64,000 nt of DNA from an uncultured Solirubrobacterales bacterium (GCA_963813805.1 CAWEZZ010000002.1:176558-240557), one strand, 5' to 3'. Counted from the first letter of the stretch, positions 1-10,194 are shown. Translations and numbers: made by a program. Notes: a model not told the origin generated them from the letters alone.

Positions 1-39
1 CGGGCTCCGCGGGATCGGGCTCCGCGGGATCGGCCTCCA
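1..39. repeat. 15-bp tandem repeat (CGGGCTCCGCGGGAT, 2 copies plus a degenerate third), cut by window edge
   Basis: Seen directly in sequence. Confidence 0.7.
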
Positions 40-155
40 CAGGTGGTGCTGCGGCCGAATAGTTCGTCTTGGTGCGCCCTACGACAGATGTTGCCGTTTG
101 CCGACTGGCAGCCGAAAACCTCATGACCCGCACGCCAACCGCCGACACTCTAGGT

Positions 156-575
156 ATGAGCCCGCGCTCGGCCATCGCCATGCTAGTTTGCGCCGCGGCG
201 CTGGTTGCGCCCGCGAGCTCGCTCGGCGCCTACTCGGTCGGCACGCACGAACAGATCGCCTGGGTTCGCCGGGCCGCCTCCAACTTCGTGACCGCCGAGC
301 TGAGCGGGAACGGCGCCGGCGCCTGCGCGATCCTCAACGCTCCGCTGCGGGCGACGCAGCACCACCGCACATGCGCGCAGCGATGGGACGCGAAGCTGGC
401 GAGGCTTCTACGCGAACCCGGGGGCCGGGCGCACCTACGGCGTGAGCAGCGCGCGATCCCTTCGGCGCCGGTCGTAGTCCACGGCTATACCGCCACGATC
501 GAGTTGCCGGCGCCGCTGTCGAATGGACCGAACCGCTTCCTCTGGACGGAAAACTGCTGGATGCTCGAGGGCTGA
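156..575 (+). CDS. Hypothetical secreted protein
   Basis: ATG at 156 gives a signal-peptide-like N-terminus (AIAMLVCAAALVAPASSLGA); GC-rich codon usage. Confidence 0.55.
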   Translation: MSPRSAIAMLVCAAALVAPASSLGAYSVGTHEQIAWVRRAASNFVTAELSGNGAGACAILNAPLRATQHHRTCAQRWDAKLARLLREPGGRAHLRREQRAIPSAPVVVHGYTATIELPAPLSNGPNRFLWTENCWMLEG

Positions 576-600
576 GGCCCGGCTCGTAGCCCCGGCGCCG

Positions 601-642
601 TCAACCACCGATACCCCCGCGGATCAACCACCGATACCCCGC
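601..642. repeat. Direct repeat TCAACCACCGATACCCC, 2 copies (601, 624), upstream of the exonuclease gene
   Basis: Seen directly in sequence. Confidence 0.7.
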
Positions 643-671
643 AGCAGGTCTCCGGCGCATACCCTGGGCCG

Positions 672-1589
672 ATGCCCGCCCCGCTGCTGATCGCCGACGT
701 GCCGTGGTTGCTGTACCGCTCCTTCTTCGCGCTGCCCAAATCGATCGTCGACGGAGAGGGGCAGCCGGTGAACGCGCTATTGGGAACTGTCAACGCGCTG
801 CTGTCGATCGTCGAGTCTGACTCCCCGGCTCATCGACCCCGCGCCGTGGTCGCGTGCATGGGCGCCGAGCAAGCTGACTACCGCGTGCGGCTGTACCCCG
901 CCTACCACGCCCACCGCGAGCCGATGCCGGCAGAGCTTGCAGCGCAGTGGACAAAGGCCCCCGCGCTGCTCGAGAGCCTCGGCTGGATCATGAGCGACGG
1001 CGGCGAGCTGGAGGCCGACGACGCGATGTTCTCCCACGCGCGGGTCGAGGCGCAGGCGGGTGGACGCGCGCTGCTGCTGACCGGCGATCGCGACCTGTTT
1101 GGAGCCGTCGAGGAGCGCGTCGCGATCGTCGAGCTGGCGAAAGGACGCGTCGCGGGGGAGGTCGGTCCCGCGCAGGTGCGCGAGCGCTACGGGATCGACC
1201 CGGCCCTCGTGCCTGACTTCATCGCGCTGCGCGGCGACCCCTCCGACGGCCTGCCCGGCGCGCCGGGGATCGGAGCGAAGACCGCCGCCGAGCTGCTGCA
1301 GGCGCATGGGTCGCTGGAGGCGGTGCTGGCCGCCGCGGGCGCGGATGCCGGGCAGGGGACCGCGGCAGCTGCGGTCAAGGCCGCGAGCGTGATGCGCCCC
1401 CGCATCGCTGCGTCGCTGCGAGAGAACGCTGATCTGCTGCACAGGTTCAAGCAGGTCGCGACGCTGCAGCTCATCGAGGTCGAGCGGCCGCCGGACCGCG
1501 AGACGGACTTCGCCGATGGTGCCCGCGTGGCGGGTGAGCTCGGGATGGAGCGTCTGGCCGAGCGTCTGGCGAAGCTGGCTACGGCGTGA
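672..1589 (+). CDS. Stand-alone 5'-3' exonuclease / flap endonuclease (PolA N-terminal-like)
   Basis: LLYRSFFALP, EADD, TGDRDL, ALRGDPSDGLPGAPGIGAKTA (H3TH) motifs. Confidence 0.9.
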   Translation: MPAPLLIADVPWLLYRSFFALPKSIVDGEGQPVNALLGTVNALLSIVESDSPAHRPRAVVACMGAEQADYRVRLYPAYHAHREPMPAELAAQWTKAPALLESLGWIMSDGGELEADDAMFSHARVEAQAGGRALLLTGDRDLFGAVEERVAIVELAKGRVAGEVGPAQVRERYGIDPALVPDFIALRGDPSDGLPGAPGIGAKTAAELLQAHGSLEAVLAAAGADAGQGTAAAAVKAASVMRPRIAASLRENADLLHRFKQVATLQLIEVERPPDRETDFADGARVAGELGMERLAERLAKLATA

Positions 1590-2664
1590 ACTTGACCGTG
1601 ATCACGTCGCCGTCGGCCATCACGTAGTCGCGGCCCTCCAGGCGCAGGGTGCCCCGCTCGCGCGCGCCCGCATAGCCGCCAGCCTCGACCAGCTCACGCC
1701 AGCCGATCACCTCGGCGCGCACAAAGCCCTTCTGGATGTCGGAGTGGATCTGTCCGGCAGCGTGCCAGGCGGTGAGGCTCTCACGCAGGTGCCACGATTG
1801 GGCAGGCTTGGCCTCACCGGCGGTGAAGAACGCGATCAGCTCGAGCAGCGCGAACGCCTCCCGCACGACGCGCTGCAGGCCGGACTCGCTCACGCCGAGC
1901 TCGGCCCGCATCGCGGCGGCGTCGGCATCCTCGAGCTCGGCGAGCTCCGACTCGATCCGCGATGAGACCGCAACCGCCCGCGCGCCCTGCTCGGCGGCAT
2001 GCGAGGCGATCTCCGCGGGGAGCTCCTCGGAGCCCTCATCGACGTTAGCCACGAACAGCACCGGCTTGACGGTCAGCGAGCCCAGATCATGGGCCGCGTT
2101 CGGCGCGTCCTTCGGCACCGGGACGGTGCGCGCCGGGCGCCCGGCTCCCAGCGCGTCGATCACCTCTCGCAGCCACGCCTCCTCGGCGACCGCCACACGG
2201 TCGCCGCTGCGGGCCTGCCTGGCGACACGCTCGATCCGTCGTTCGGCCTGCTCGAGATCCGCCAGCACGAGCTCTGTCTCGATCGTCTCGATGTCCCTGA
2301 GTGGGTCGACCCGCCCCTCGGGATGCACGACGTTGTCGTCGTGATGCGCCCGGACGACATGGACGATCGCGTCGGTCTCGCGGATGTTCGCGAGAAAGCG
2401 GTTCCCCAACCCCTCGCCCTCGTGGGCGCCCGCCACAAGGCCGGCGATATCGTGGAAGTCGATCGTGTCCCACACGATCTCCGAGGCGCCGACCGTGCGC
2501 GAGACCTGCTCGAGGCGCTCGTCGCGCACGGGCACGACGGCTACGTTCGGCTCGATCGTGGTAAACGGGTAGTTGGCTGCCTCAGCCCCCGCTTTGGTGA
2601 GGGCGTTGAACAGCGAGGACTTGCCCGCATTGGGCATCCCCACGATGCCGATCCGCGTGCTCAC
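1579..2664 (-). CDS. ychF: Redox-regulated ATPase YchF
   Basis: GIVGMPNAGKS, ANYPFTTIEPN, DIAGLV, GEGLGNRFL, C-terminal TGS domain. Confidence 0.97.
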   Translation of the reverse strand: MSTRIGIVGMPNAGKSSLFNALTKAGAEAANYPFTTIEPNVAVVPVRDERLEQVSRTVGASEIVWDTIDFHDIAGLVAGAHEGEGLGNRFLANIRETDAIVHVVRAHHDDNVVHPEGRVDPLRDIETIETELVLADLEQAERRIERVARQARSGDRVAVAEEAWLREVIDALGAGRPARTVPVPKDAPNAAHDLGSLTVKPVLFVANVDEGSEELPAEIASHAAEQGARAVAVSSRIESELAELEDADAAAMRAELGVSESGLQRVVREAFALLELIAFFTAGEAKPAQSWHLRESLTAWHAAGQIHSDIQKGFVRAEVIGWRELVEAGGYAGARERGTLRLEGRDYVMADGDVITVKFTP

Positions 2665-3206
2665 CGTGCGCCGCGCAAGCCGGGCCTGGGTGCGCCCTCC
2701 CGGCTCCGAGCCCGGTTCGCCGACAGGCCGTGTCCGACGGCGGTCCCCAGCACCGCACCCGCGAGTACATCGGACGGGTAGTGCACGCCCAGGTACAGCC
2801 GCGACAGGGATAGGCTCGCCGCCAGCGCGTACAGCGACGGCGCAGACAAGCCGAGCCTGGAGTAGCAGAGCGCGCCCGCGAACGAGGTCGAGGCGTGGGC
2901 GCTAGGGAAGCTCAACCGTGTCGGGGTGTCCGTCAGCGCGGGTAGACCCGGCAGCTCGGGCCGGCGGCGGCGGACGAGCAGCTTGATCGCGGTATTCAGC
3001 GCGTACACGCCCGCGACCGTGCCCGTCGCCCGTCGCCAACGCCTGCGCCGTGGACTATCGAACACCCAGCCGGCCGCGCCGATCCCAAGCCACACGCCAC
3101 CGTGCTCACCCAGCCGCGAAAACCGCGCCACCGCCCGCTCGGCGCGCGGGTCGTGTCCGCAGGTACGGGCCGCACGCAGGAGCTTTACGTCCAGCGATTG
3201 CCAGGG
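2661..3206 (-). CDS. PAP2 family phosphatase; 5' end interrupted by a MITE-like element (alternative GTG at 3299 lies inside the element)
   Basis: KxxxxRxRP, SFPSAH and SRLYLGVHYPSDV motifs. Confidence 0.85.
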   Translation of the reverse strand, partial: PWQSLDVKLLRAARTCGHDPRAERAVARFSRLGEHGGVWLGIGAAGWVFDSPRRRRWRRATGTVAGVYALNTAIKLLVRRRRPELPGLPALTDTPTRLSFPSAHASTSFAGALCYSRLGLSAPSLYALAASLSLSRLYLGVHYPSDVLAGAVLGTAVGHGLSANRARSREGAPRPGLRGAR

Positions 3207-3210
3207 ACTA

Positions 3211-3371
3211 GTGTCCCGATTCAAAATTAGGTGAGGGTTTGCCGAGTGGATGATCGTGATCTGACGTTCGATGGCGGCGGGCCTGCGTGCCGGTAGCACG
3301 TGGGCCGTCGACGGCGGGCGTCAGGCGCGGGCAGGCGCCGGGAAACGCCAGCGAATTTTGAATCGGGACAC
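3211..3371 (-). mobile_element. 161-bp MITE-like element, copy 1
   Basis: Perfect 18-bp terminal inverted repeats GTGTCCCGATTCAAAATT / AATTTTGAATCGGGACAC; TA (CTAG) on both sides; homologous to 21400-21560. Confidence 0.85.
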
Positions 3372-3592
3372 TAGGCGCCAAAACCGACGCGAGAATCGTC
3401 ATCCTCCGCGCGCACATACACCACCTGGCCGAGGTCCAGCCGCACGGGGCCGTCCTCGCTCTGCAGCTCATGCCAGCCGCCGCCTCCGAGCGCCTCGTAC
3501 AGAGACTTCAGCTGCTCATCGCTCACGCGCAGCGCCAGCACCTGGCCGCCGTGGAAGCCGATGCTTATATGTCGCGCGCCGTGCGCCATCAC
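3371..3592 (-). CDS. Small hypothetical protein (DUF3107-like, ends ...SRVGFGA)
   Basis: Compact ORF with GGAG RBS in an operon between mce and the PAP2 gene; resembles small actinobacterial proteins ending in VGF. Confidence 0.7.
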   Translation of the reverse strand: MMAHGARHISIGFHGGQVLALRVSDEQLKSLYEALGGGGWHELQSEDGPVRLDLGQVVYVRAEDDDSRVGFGA

Positions 3593-3635
3593 TCCCCGTC
3601 TCCGCGACCGGCACCCTGTCGCAGGCCAAGCGTCA

Positions 3636-4055
3636 TCAGTGCACCCCCAGATGAGCAGCGGGCTCGACGATCTCGGTCAGCACGCCCGCGGTTGCACGCG
3701 GGTGCATAAACGCCACGCGCGAGCCGCGAATTCCCACCCGCGGTTGCTCGTCGATCAGCTCGAGGCCCGCCTCTTTCAGCGCGGCGAGCGTCTTCTCGAT
3801 GTCGGACACCTGGTAAGCCACGTGGTGCAGACCGGGACCTTTCTTGGCCAGGAACCTCCCCACAGGCGTCTCTGCGCCGAGCGGCGCCAGCAACTCTACG
3901 TGGTTCTCGCCGACGTCGAGTAGCACGGCCTCCACGCCCTGCTCCTCCACCACCTCGCGGTGGGCGACCGTCATCTTTAAGCGCTCTCGATACAGCTTGA
4001 GCGTTGGCTCGATCTGCTCGACGGCCACGCCGATGTGGTCGATGCGGTTGAACAC
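3636..4055 (-). CDS. mce: Methylmalonyl-CoA epimerase
   Basis: IDHIGVAV, ELLAPL, GPGLHHVAY, VAFMHP, GVLTEIVE (VOC fold); GTG start at 4055 inferred. Confidence 0.9.
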   Translation of the reverse strand: MFNRIDHIGVAVEQIEPTLKLYRERLKMTVAHREVVEEQGVEAVLLDVGENHVELLAPLGAETPVGRFLAKKGPGLHHVAYQVSDIEKTLAALKEAGLELIDEQPRVGIRGSRVAFMHPRATAGVLTEIVEPAAHLGVH

Positions 4056-4228
4056 CTCTGGCAGTTTAGGGTCCGCGCCGGAATAGATGGTGGGTTGAGG
4101 TGGTTGGGCCGTGGATGGCAGACGCCGCACGCGAGCGCAGGCGTGCTGGTGGCACGGCGAGCATCGTGGGTGGCGATGACGCCGCGGAACGGCCACCTCA
4201 ATCCCAGCAGATATTCTGGCGCGAACCC

Positions 4229-5767
4229 TTATTCGCCCGGCAAGGCATCGACCGCCGTCGATGCCGCAACCACGCGCAGACCGACGCCCGGGGCCCGCTC
4301 AAGGCGCGGCACGCCATCCATGATCCGCTCGATCGCCTCGCGGTCGAGGATCTCGCGCTCGAGCAGCTCGCCCGCCAGCGCGTCGAGCTGGGAGCGGTGG
4401 CCGACGATCATCCTCTGCGCGGCGCGCCTGGCCTCCTCGATCAGGTCCTGGCGCTCCTCGTCGCGGATGCGCAGAGTCGTCTCTGACAGCCGCACATCCC
4501 CATCTGGTGAGCGCCCGACGCCGCCACCGACCATCGCGAAGTCGTGCACCATCGAATGGGAGATCTCCGCGACGCGCTTCAGATCGTCGGAGGCGCCAGT
4601 GGTGATCGCGCCGAACACGATCTGCTCGGCGACGCGCCCACCGAGCAGCACGGTCATGTAGTCCAGGAGCTCCTCGCGCGTCTTTAGGTAGCGATCCTCA
4701 GCGGGCAGGTTGAGCGTGTAGCCGAGCGCCCGCCCGCGCGGGACGATCGAGATGCGATGCACGCGGTCGACCGACGGCAGCAGCTCGCCGCACAGCGCGT
4801 GCCCGGCCTCGTGGTAGGCGACCACCCGCTTCTCGTGCTCGTTCAGCACCCGTCGCGACTGCACCCCCGCGATCACTCGCTCGAGCGCTGAGTCGAAGTC
4901 CGCGTCGTCGATTTGCGCCGCGCCGCGCCGCGCCGCAAAGATCGCCGCCTCGTTGCAGATGTTCGCCAGATCGGCACCCGTCAAACCGCTGGTCTGCTGG
5001 GCCACGAGCCCCAGGTCGACGTTCCCCATGGGCTTATCGCGCGTGTGCACCTGCAAGATCCCGAGACGGCCTTTGACGTCGGGCGGCACGACGAACACCT
5101 GGCGGTCGAAGCGACCCGGTCGCAGCAGTGCCGGGTCAAGCTTCTCCAGCAGGTTCGACGCGGCGATCACCACCACGCGCCCTGACCCGGCGAACCCGTC
5201 CATCTCCACGAGCAGCTGGTTCAGCGTCTGGTCCTTCTCCCCGGAGATGTCCATTCCACGCCGCCCCCCGACGGCGTCGAGCTCGTCGATGAAGATGATC
5301 GCGGGTTCGTGCTTGCGCGCGATCGCGAACAGCCGGCGGATGCGCGCAGCGCCCAGGCCGGCGAACATCTCCACGAACGCCGCCGCCGACTGGGCGAAGA
5401 ACTGCGCGCCGGATTCGTGCGCGACCGCCTTCGCCAGCAGCGTCTTGCCGGTGCCAGGCGGCCCGTGCAGGAGGATGCCCTTTGGCACCTTGGCTCCCAG
5501 CGCCTGGAACTGCCCGGGGTCGCGCAGGAACTCGACGATCTCCGCCAGCTCCGCCTTGGCCTCGTCGACCCCCGCGATGTCCGCAAACGACACCGACTGG
5601 TCCGAGGCCGGCTTGATCTGCTGCGGCTTGACCCGCGGCATCACCTTCAGCGTGCGCCAGAGAACCACGATGATCACGCTGAAGAACACGATCATCAGAA
5701 CCGGCTCCCAACTGAGCGCCCAGTTCTGGATTTCCTGCGCGAACGACGTTGCGACTGCGGTCGTCAT
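4229..5767 (-). CDS. ftsH: FtsH-family ATP-dependent zinc metalloprotease (short, single TM)
   Basis: GPPGTGKT, IIFIDELD, PALLRPGRFDR, HEAGH, TGASDDL. Confidence 0.9.
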   Translation of the reverse strand: MTTAVATSFAQEIQNWALSWEPVLMIVFFSVIIVVLWRTLKVMPRVKPQQIKPASDQSVSFADIAGVDEAKAELAEIVEFLRDPGQFQALGAKVPKGILLHGPPGTGKTLLAKAVAHESGAQFFAQSAAAFVEMFAGLGAARIRRLFAIARKHEPAIIFIDELDAVGGRRGMDISGEKDQTLNQLLVEMDGFAGSGRVVVIAASNLLEKLDPALLRPGRFDRQVFVVPPDVKGRLGILQVHTRDKPMGNVDLGLVAQQTSGLTGADLANICNEAAIFAARRGAAQIDDADFDSALERVIAGVQSRRVLNEHEKRVVAYHEAGHALCGELLPSVDRVHRISIVPRGRALGYTLNLPAEDRYLKTREELLDYMTVLLGGRVAEQIVFGAITTGASDDLKRVAEISHSMVHDFAMVGGGVGRSPDGDVRLSETTLRIRDEERQDLIEEARRAAQRMIVGHRSQLDALAGELLEREILDREAIERIMDGVPRLERAPGVGLRVVAASTAVDALPGE

Positions 5768-5847
5768 CCTTGCCCCTTGTCCTTGGCACCCTTGGCCACA
5801 AAGCCCTGCCGCTGATCATTATGCAGGTTTGCGCAGCCTTGGTGGCA

Positions 5848-7209
5848 TTACCCCAGCACGCGTAAAGCCAGATCGCGGAAGAATTCCGTCGCAAACGCCA
5901 GGTCGCGCACGTCGATGCGCTCGTCGGCAGCGTGGATCAGCGGCATGGTCTGAAGCAGCGACTGGTGGCGCTGCGGGAAGAAGCCGTAGGCGATGCAGTC
6001 GGGGAAAGCGGCGCGGAAGTGGCGCGAGTCGGTGAACCCGGGCAGGATCGTCGGTGCGGTCTCCGCGCCCGGGTCGCGCGCGGAGACCCATTCGGAGATC
6101 GCATCCATCAGCGGCGAGTCGATCGGCGAGCTGTTGCCGACGATGCGCTCGGTGAACTCGATCCGGAAGCCGTCCTCGGGGCCGAGCACCTCGGCGAGCG
6201 CGCGCCTGACCTCATCTTCGCCGAGGCCGGGGGGCACGCGACAATCCACTTTCAGGACGGCGCGGCTGGGGATCACGTTGATCTTCTCCGAGGCGCGGAT
6301 CATCGTCGGCGCGAACGTGACGCCGAGCAGCGGCTCGAACATCGTCGCCAGGCGCTCGTCGGCGGCACGCAGGCGCGCGACCGCGCCGAGCAGGTCGTCG
6401 GGATCGTCGCCGAGCGCGCGCAGGAACGCGCGCGGCTCGGCCGTCAGCTCGTAGGAGGGCTGGCGCGCGCCAAGTCGCTCCAGCAGCGGCGCCAGCTTCA
6501 GCAGCGCGTTCTCGCCCATCGTGGGCATCGACGCGTGCGCCGCTACACCGTCGGTCGTAACGGTGAAGCGGAACACGCCCTTCTCGGCGCAGCACACCCC
6601 GTAGCGACGGCGGCCGCCGTACTCGAACACGCAGCCCGCGCCCTCGTTGACGAGCATCTCGCAGCGCACCTTCTTGGGGTGGGTCTTCGTGATCCACTCT
6701 GCACCCAGCGACCCTCCGGTCTCCTCGTCGACGACCGCCACGATCAGCAGCTCACCGCCGCCGGCCGGGCGCCAGCCAGAGCGCGCCAGCGACGCTGCGG
6801 CGGCGATCTCGGCCGCGACCTGCGACTTCATGTCGAGCGCGCCCCGACCCCATAGGAAGCCGTCGGCGACGTCCCCCGACCATGGGCCGTGCGTCCACTC
6901 GGCCGGATCCGCGAGCACGGTGTCGACGTGGCCGAGGTAGCACAGGGTGCTACCGCCACCGGTCCGACCCTCTCCCGAGGGCGCACCCGCGGGGCGCAGC
7001 CTGGCCACCAGGTTCGGCCGCTCGGGCTCGGCACCGAGCAGCTCACACTCAAACCCCGCCGCGGTCAGGTGAGCGGCGAGGTACTCCTGCGCCGCGCGCT
7101 CGTTTCCCGGCGGGTTGACCGTGTCGAAGCGAACGAGGGTCTGCAGTAACTCCAGCGCCTCGGAGGCAGCCGTGGGCACTTCGCGGATGCTGCGTATTGC
7201 CTCACTCAT
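5848..7209 (-). CDS. M20/M25/M40 family metallopeptidase (ArgE/DapE-like)
   Basis: GHVDTV, GRGALDMK, DEE, GFTD, HAADE motifs. Confidence 0.9.
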   Translation of the reverse strand: MSEAIRSIREVPTAASEALELLQTLVRFDTVNPPGNERAAQEYLAAHLTAAGFECELLGAEPERPNLVARLRPAGAPSGEGRTGGGSTLCYLGHVDTVLADPAEWTHGPWSGDVADGFLWGRGALDMKSQVAAEIAAAASLARSGWRPAGGGELLIVAVVDEETGGSLGAEWITKTHPKKVRCEMLVNEGAGCVFEYGGRRRYGVCCAEKGVFRFTVTTDGVAAHASMPTMGENALLKLAPLLERLGARQPSYELTAEPRAFLRALGDDPDDLLGAVARLRAADERLATMFEPLLGVTFAPTMIRASEKINVIPSRAVLKVDCRVPPGLGEDEVRRALAEVLGPEDGFRIEFTERIVGNSSPIDSPLMDAISEWVSARDPGAETAPTILPGFTDSRHFRAAFPDCIAYGFFPQRHQSLLQTMPLIHAADERIDVRDLAFATEFFRDLALRVLG

Positions 7210-7290
7210 GTGCCAAGCACACTTCGTTCGGTGCGTCCTTGCCCCGACCACGGGCTCCGCCCGCGGTGCCCACCCACGATCGCCTCATAA

Positions 7291-8118
7291 TCACTCGGGG
7301 ATCGTACGCCGATCCTTGCGCGCCCCGGGCACGGCCGCGAGCAGTGCGCGCGTATAGGGGTGGGATGGCTGGCTGTACAGCTCCTCGTTGAACGCGAGCT
7401 CGACGATCTCACCGCGGTACATGACCGCAACGCGATCGCACATATGGCGTACGACCGAGAGGTCGTGGGAGATGAGCACGAGCGTCAGCCCGAACCGGCG
7501 CTGCATGTCTCTCAGCAGGTTGAGCACCTGCGCCTGGATCGACACGTCGAGCGCCGAGACGGGCTCGTCGGCGATCAACAGCTTCGGCTTCAACGCGAGC
7601 GCGCGCGCCACGCCGATCCGCTGGCGCTCACCGCCGGAGAACTCGTGCGGGTAGCGGTTGTAGTGCTCGGGGTTCAGCCCCACCGTGTCCATCAACTCCC
7701 GCACGGTGCGCTTGCGCTCGGAGGAGTCGCGGTGCAGACCGTGAATCGCAAACGGCTCTGAGATGATCGAGCCGATCGTCTTGCGCGGGTTCAGCGAGGA
7801 ATACGGGTCCTGAAAGACCATCTGCATCTCGCGGCGCACCGCCTTCAGGGGCGCGCCCTTCAGGCGCGTGATGTCCTGGCCGTCGAAGCGGATTTCGCCG
7901 GCGGTCGCGTCAAGCAGCCGCATGATCAACCTGGCGGTGGTCGTCTTGCCGCAGCCGGTCTCGCCGACGATCCCGAGGGTCTCGCCGCGCTGCACCTCGA
8001 AGCTGACGCCGTCGACCGCCTTCGTCGCGCCGATGCGGCGCTGGAAGATGATGCCGCGCGTGATCGGGAAGTGCTTCACCAGATCGCTCACCTCCACTAG
8101 TGGCTCCTCCGAGCTCAT
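7291..8118 (-). CDS. Oligopeptide/dipeptide ABC transporter ATP-binding protein (OppF/DppF-like)
   Basis: [35 protein letters not shown]; ATGA overlap with upstream gene. Confidence 0.93.
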   Translation of the reverse strand: MSSEEPLVEVSDLVKHFPITRGIIFQRRIGATKAVDGVSFEVQRGETLGIVGETGCGKTTTARLIMRLLDATAGEIRFDGQDITRLKGAPLKAVRREMQMVFQDPYSSLNPRKTIGSIISEPFAIHGLHRDSSERKRTVRELMDTVGLNPEHYNRYPHEFSGGERQRIGVARALALKPKLLIADEPVSALDVSIQAQVLNLLRDMQRRFGLTLVLISHDLSVVRHMCDRVAVMYRGEIVELAFNEELYSQPSHPYTRALLAAVPGARKDRRTIPE

Positions 8119-9128
8119 CGGGATCCCTCTGCCCACAGGCGCCGCCGGGTCGCGGGCTCAAGCAGGCATGCGACACGGTGAGCCGGTTCCCCGGGCACCG
8201 GCTCTAAGCGGGGGTCGATGCGCGCGTGCTCAGGCTGGGCGTAGGGACAGCGCGGATGGAAGTGGCAGCCGGAGGGACGGTGGATCAGGCTCGGCGGGCT
8301 GCCGGGGATCGGCTCGAGCTCCTGCACGCGCGGGCCCTCGAGCGTGGGGATCGACTTCAAAAGACCCCACGTGTAGGGGTGCTCGGGGGCGGAGAAGAGA
8401 CGCTCCGCCGGGGCCGTCTCGACGATCCGCCCCGCGTACATCACCGCGATGTCCTCGGCCATCTCAGCGACCACGCCGAGGTCGTGGGTGACGATCACGA
8501 TCGCCATTACAAGCTCGCGCTGCAACCGTTCCAGCAGCGCGAGGATCTGCGCCTGCACGGTCACGTCGAGCGCGGTCGTCGGCTCGTCCGCGATCAGCAG
8601 CTTGGGTTCGTTGACGAGCGCCATCGCGATCATCGCGCGCTGGCGCTCACCGCCGGAGAACTCGTGCGGGTAGTCGTTGACGCGCCTCGCCGGGTCGGGG
8701 ATCCCTACCAGCCCGAGCAGCTCAATCGCACGCGCGTGCGCGTGCGCCTTGGGCACGTCCCGGTGGGCGCGCACCGCCTCGACGATCTGGGCACCCACCC
8801 TGTAGAGGGGGTGCAGCGAGGACAGCGGGTCCTGGAAGACCATCGCGATGTCGTTGCCGCGTAGCTTGCGCATCTCCTCCTCTGAGAGCGTGAGCAGGTC
8901 GCGTCCCTCGAACAGAATCCGCCCGGAGATACGCGCGCCCATGCGCCGCGTCAGGCCCATCGTCGTCAGCGAGGAGACCGTCTTGCCCGAGCCCGACTCC
9001 CCCACTATCCCGAGCGTGCGCCCGCGGCGCACGTCGTAGGAGAGCCCGTCGACCGCGTGCACCACCCCGTCCTCGGTGGGGAACTCCACATGAAGATCCT
9101 CCACGCGCAGTAGCGGCTCGGCGCTCAC
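8115..9128 (-). CDS. Oligopeptide/dipeptide ABC transporter ATP-binding protein (OppD/DppD-like)
   Basis: [20 protein letters not shown], Cys-rich C-terminus. Confidence 0.93.
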   Translation of the reverse strand: MSAEPLLRVEDLHVEFPTEDGVVHAVDGLSYDVRRGRTLGIVGESGSGKTVSSLTTMGLTRRMGARISGRILFEGRDLLTLSEEEMRKLRGNDIAMVFQDPLSSLHPLYRVGAQIVEAVRAHRDVPKAHAHARAIELLGLVGIPDPARRVNDYPHEFSGGERQRAMIAMALVNEPKLLIADEPTTALDVTVQAQILALLERLQRELVMAIVIVTHDLGVVAEMAEDIAVMYAGRIVETAPAERLFSAPEHPYTWGLLKSIPTLEGPRVQELEPIPGSPPSLIHRPSGCHFHPRCPYAQPEHARIDPRLEPVPGEPAHRVACLLEPATRRRLWAEGSR

Positions 9129-10087
9129 GAGTAGCGCACCCTGGGATCGAGATAGGCATAGGCAATGTCCGCGAGGATGTTCGCCACGACAATGAACAGC
9201 GCCACCAGCAGCACCGTGCCCTGGATGATCGGAAAGTCAGCGTGCGTGATTGCGTCGTAGCTGAGCCGCCCGATCCCGGGGACGTTGAAGACCGTCTCGA
9301 CGAGGATCGCCCCACCCAGCAGCGTCCCCACGTCCAGCGCCACGATCGTCAATATCGGGTTGATCGCCGCGGGCACGCCGTGATGGAGAACCACGCGTCG
9401 CTCGCGCAGGCCCTTCGCGCGCGCGGTGCGGATGTAGTCCTCGCTCATCGTCTCGATCAAGCTCCCGCGTATCAGCCGCGCGTAAACCGCGGCAAAGCTC
9501 GCAGCCAGCACGAACCAGGGCAGGATCAGCGAGGTCAGCCATTTCACGGGATCGCTGGTTATGCCCACGTAGCTGCCGGAGCCGGGGAACACCCGCAGCT
9601 GGCCGATGTCGGCTGCGAACAGGTACAGGCAGATCAGCCCGAGCCAGTATTCGGGGGCGGAGACGAGCACCAGCGCGGTTCCCATGCTCGCGCGGTCGAG
9701 CTTCGAGCGCCGGCGCAAGGCCGAAATGATCCCGACCGGCAGTCCCACCACCAGCCACACAACCGCGGCGCCGACGGTAAGCGACACGGTCGCAGGCAGC
9801 CGATCGAAGATCAGGCTCTTGACCGACGCGGTGCTGTAATAGCTGTAGCCGAGGTCGAAGTGCAGGAAGATGTTCTTCATGTAGATCCAGAACTGCGTGA
9901 TCAATGGCTTGTCCAGGCCGAGGTCGCGGCGGAGGGCAGCAACCACTGCCGGGCTCGCGTTGCGACCGGCTCTGAGCCGTGCGGGATCGGCCGTCGGCAG
10001 GATCCGGAACAGGATGAACGTCAATGCCGACACGAGGATCAGCAGCACCACGCCCCACAGGATCCGGCGAATGATGTAGCGGGTCAT
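9125..10087 (-). CDS. Peptide ABC transporter permease (OppB/DppB-like)
   Basis: DYIRTARAKGL (EAA loop), ETVFNVPGIG, YAYLDPRVR. Confidence 0.93.
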   Translation of the reverse strand: MTRYIIRRILWGVVLLILVSALTFILFRILPTADPARLRAGRNASPAVVAALRRDLGLDKPLITQFWIYMKNIFLHFDLGYSYYSTASVKSLIFDRLPATVSLTVGAAVVWLVVGLPVGIISALRRRSKLDRASMGTALVLVSAPEYWLGLICLYLFAADIGQLRVFPGSGSYVGITSDPVKWLTSLILPWFVLAASFAAVYARLIRGSLIETMSEDYIRTARAKGLRERRVVLHHGVPAAINPILTIVALDVGTLLGGAILVETVFNVPGIGRLSYDAITHADFPIIQGTVLLVALFIVVANILADIAYAYLDPRVRYS

Positions 10088-10160
10088 GGCGGTCGGGGAA
10101 CGTGGATTCTGGTCGCGGTGGGGTGATCCTGGCCAGGGGAATAGCGACCTTCGCGCGGGA

Positions 10161-10194
10161 GGCGAGGTGGCCGTCAGCGGGAAGCCACCTCGCC
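10161..10194 (-). terminator. Intergenic stem-loop after the substrate-binding protein gene (attenuating or mRNA-stabilising hairpin)
   Basis: GGCGAGGTGGC...GCCACCTCGCC inverted repeat; no U-tract. Confidence 0.5.
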
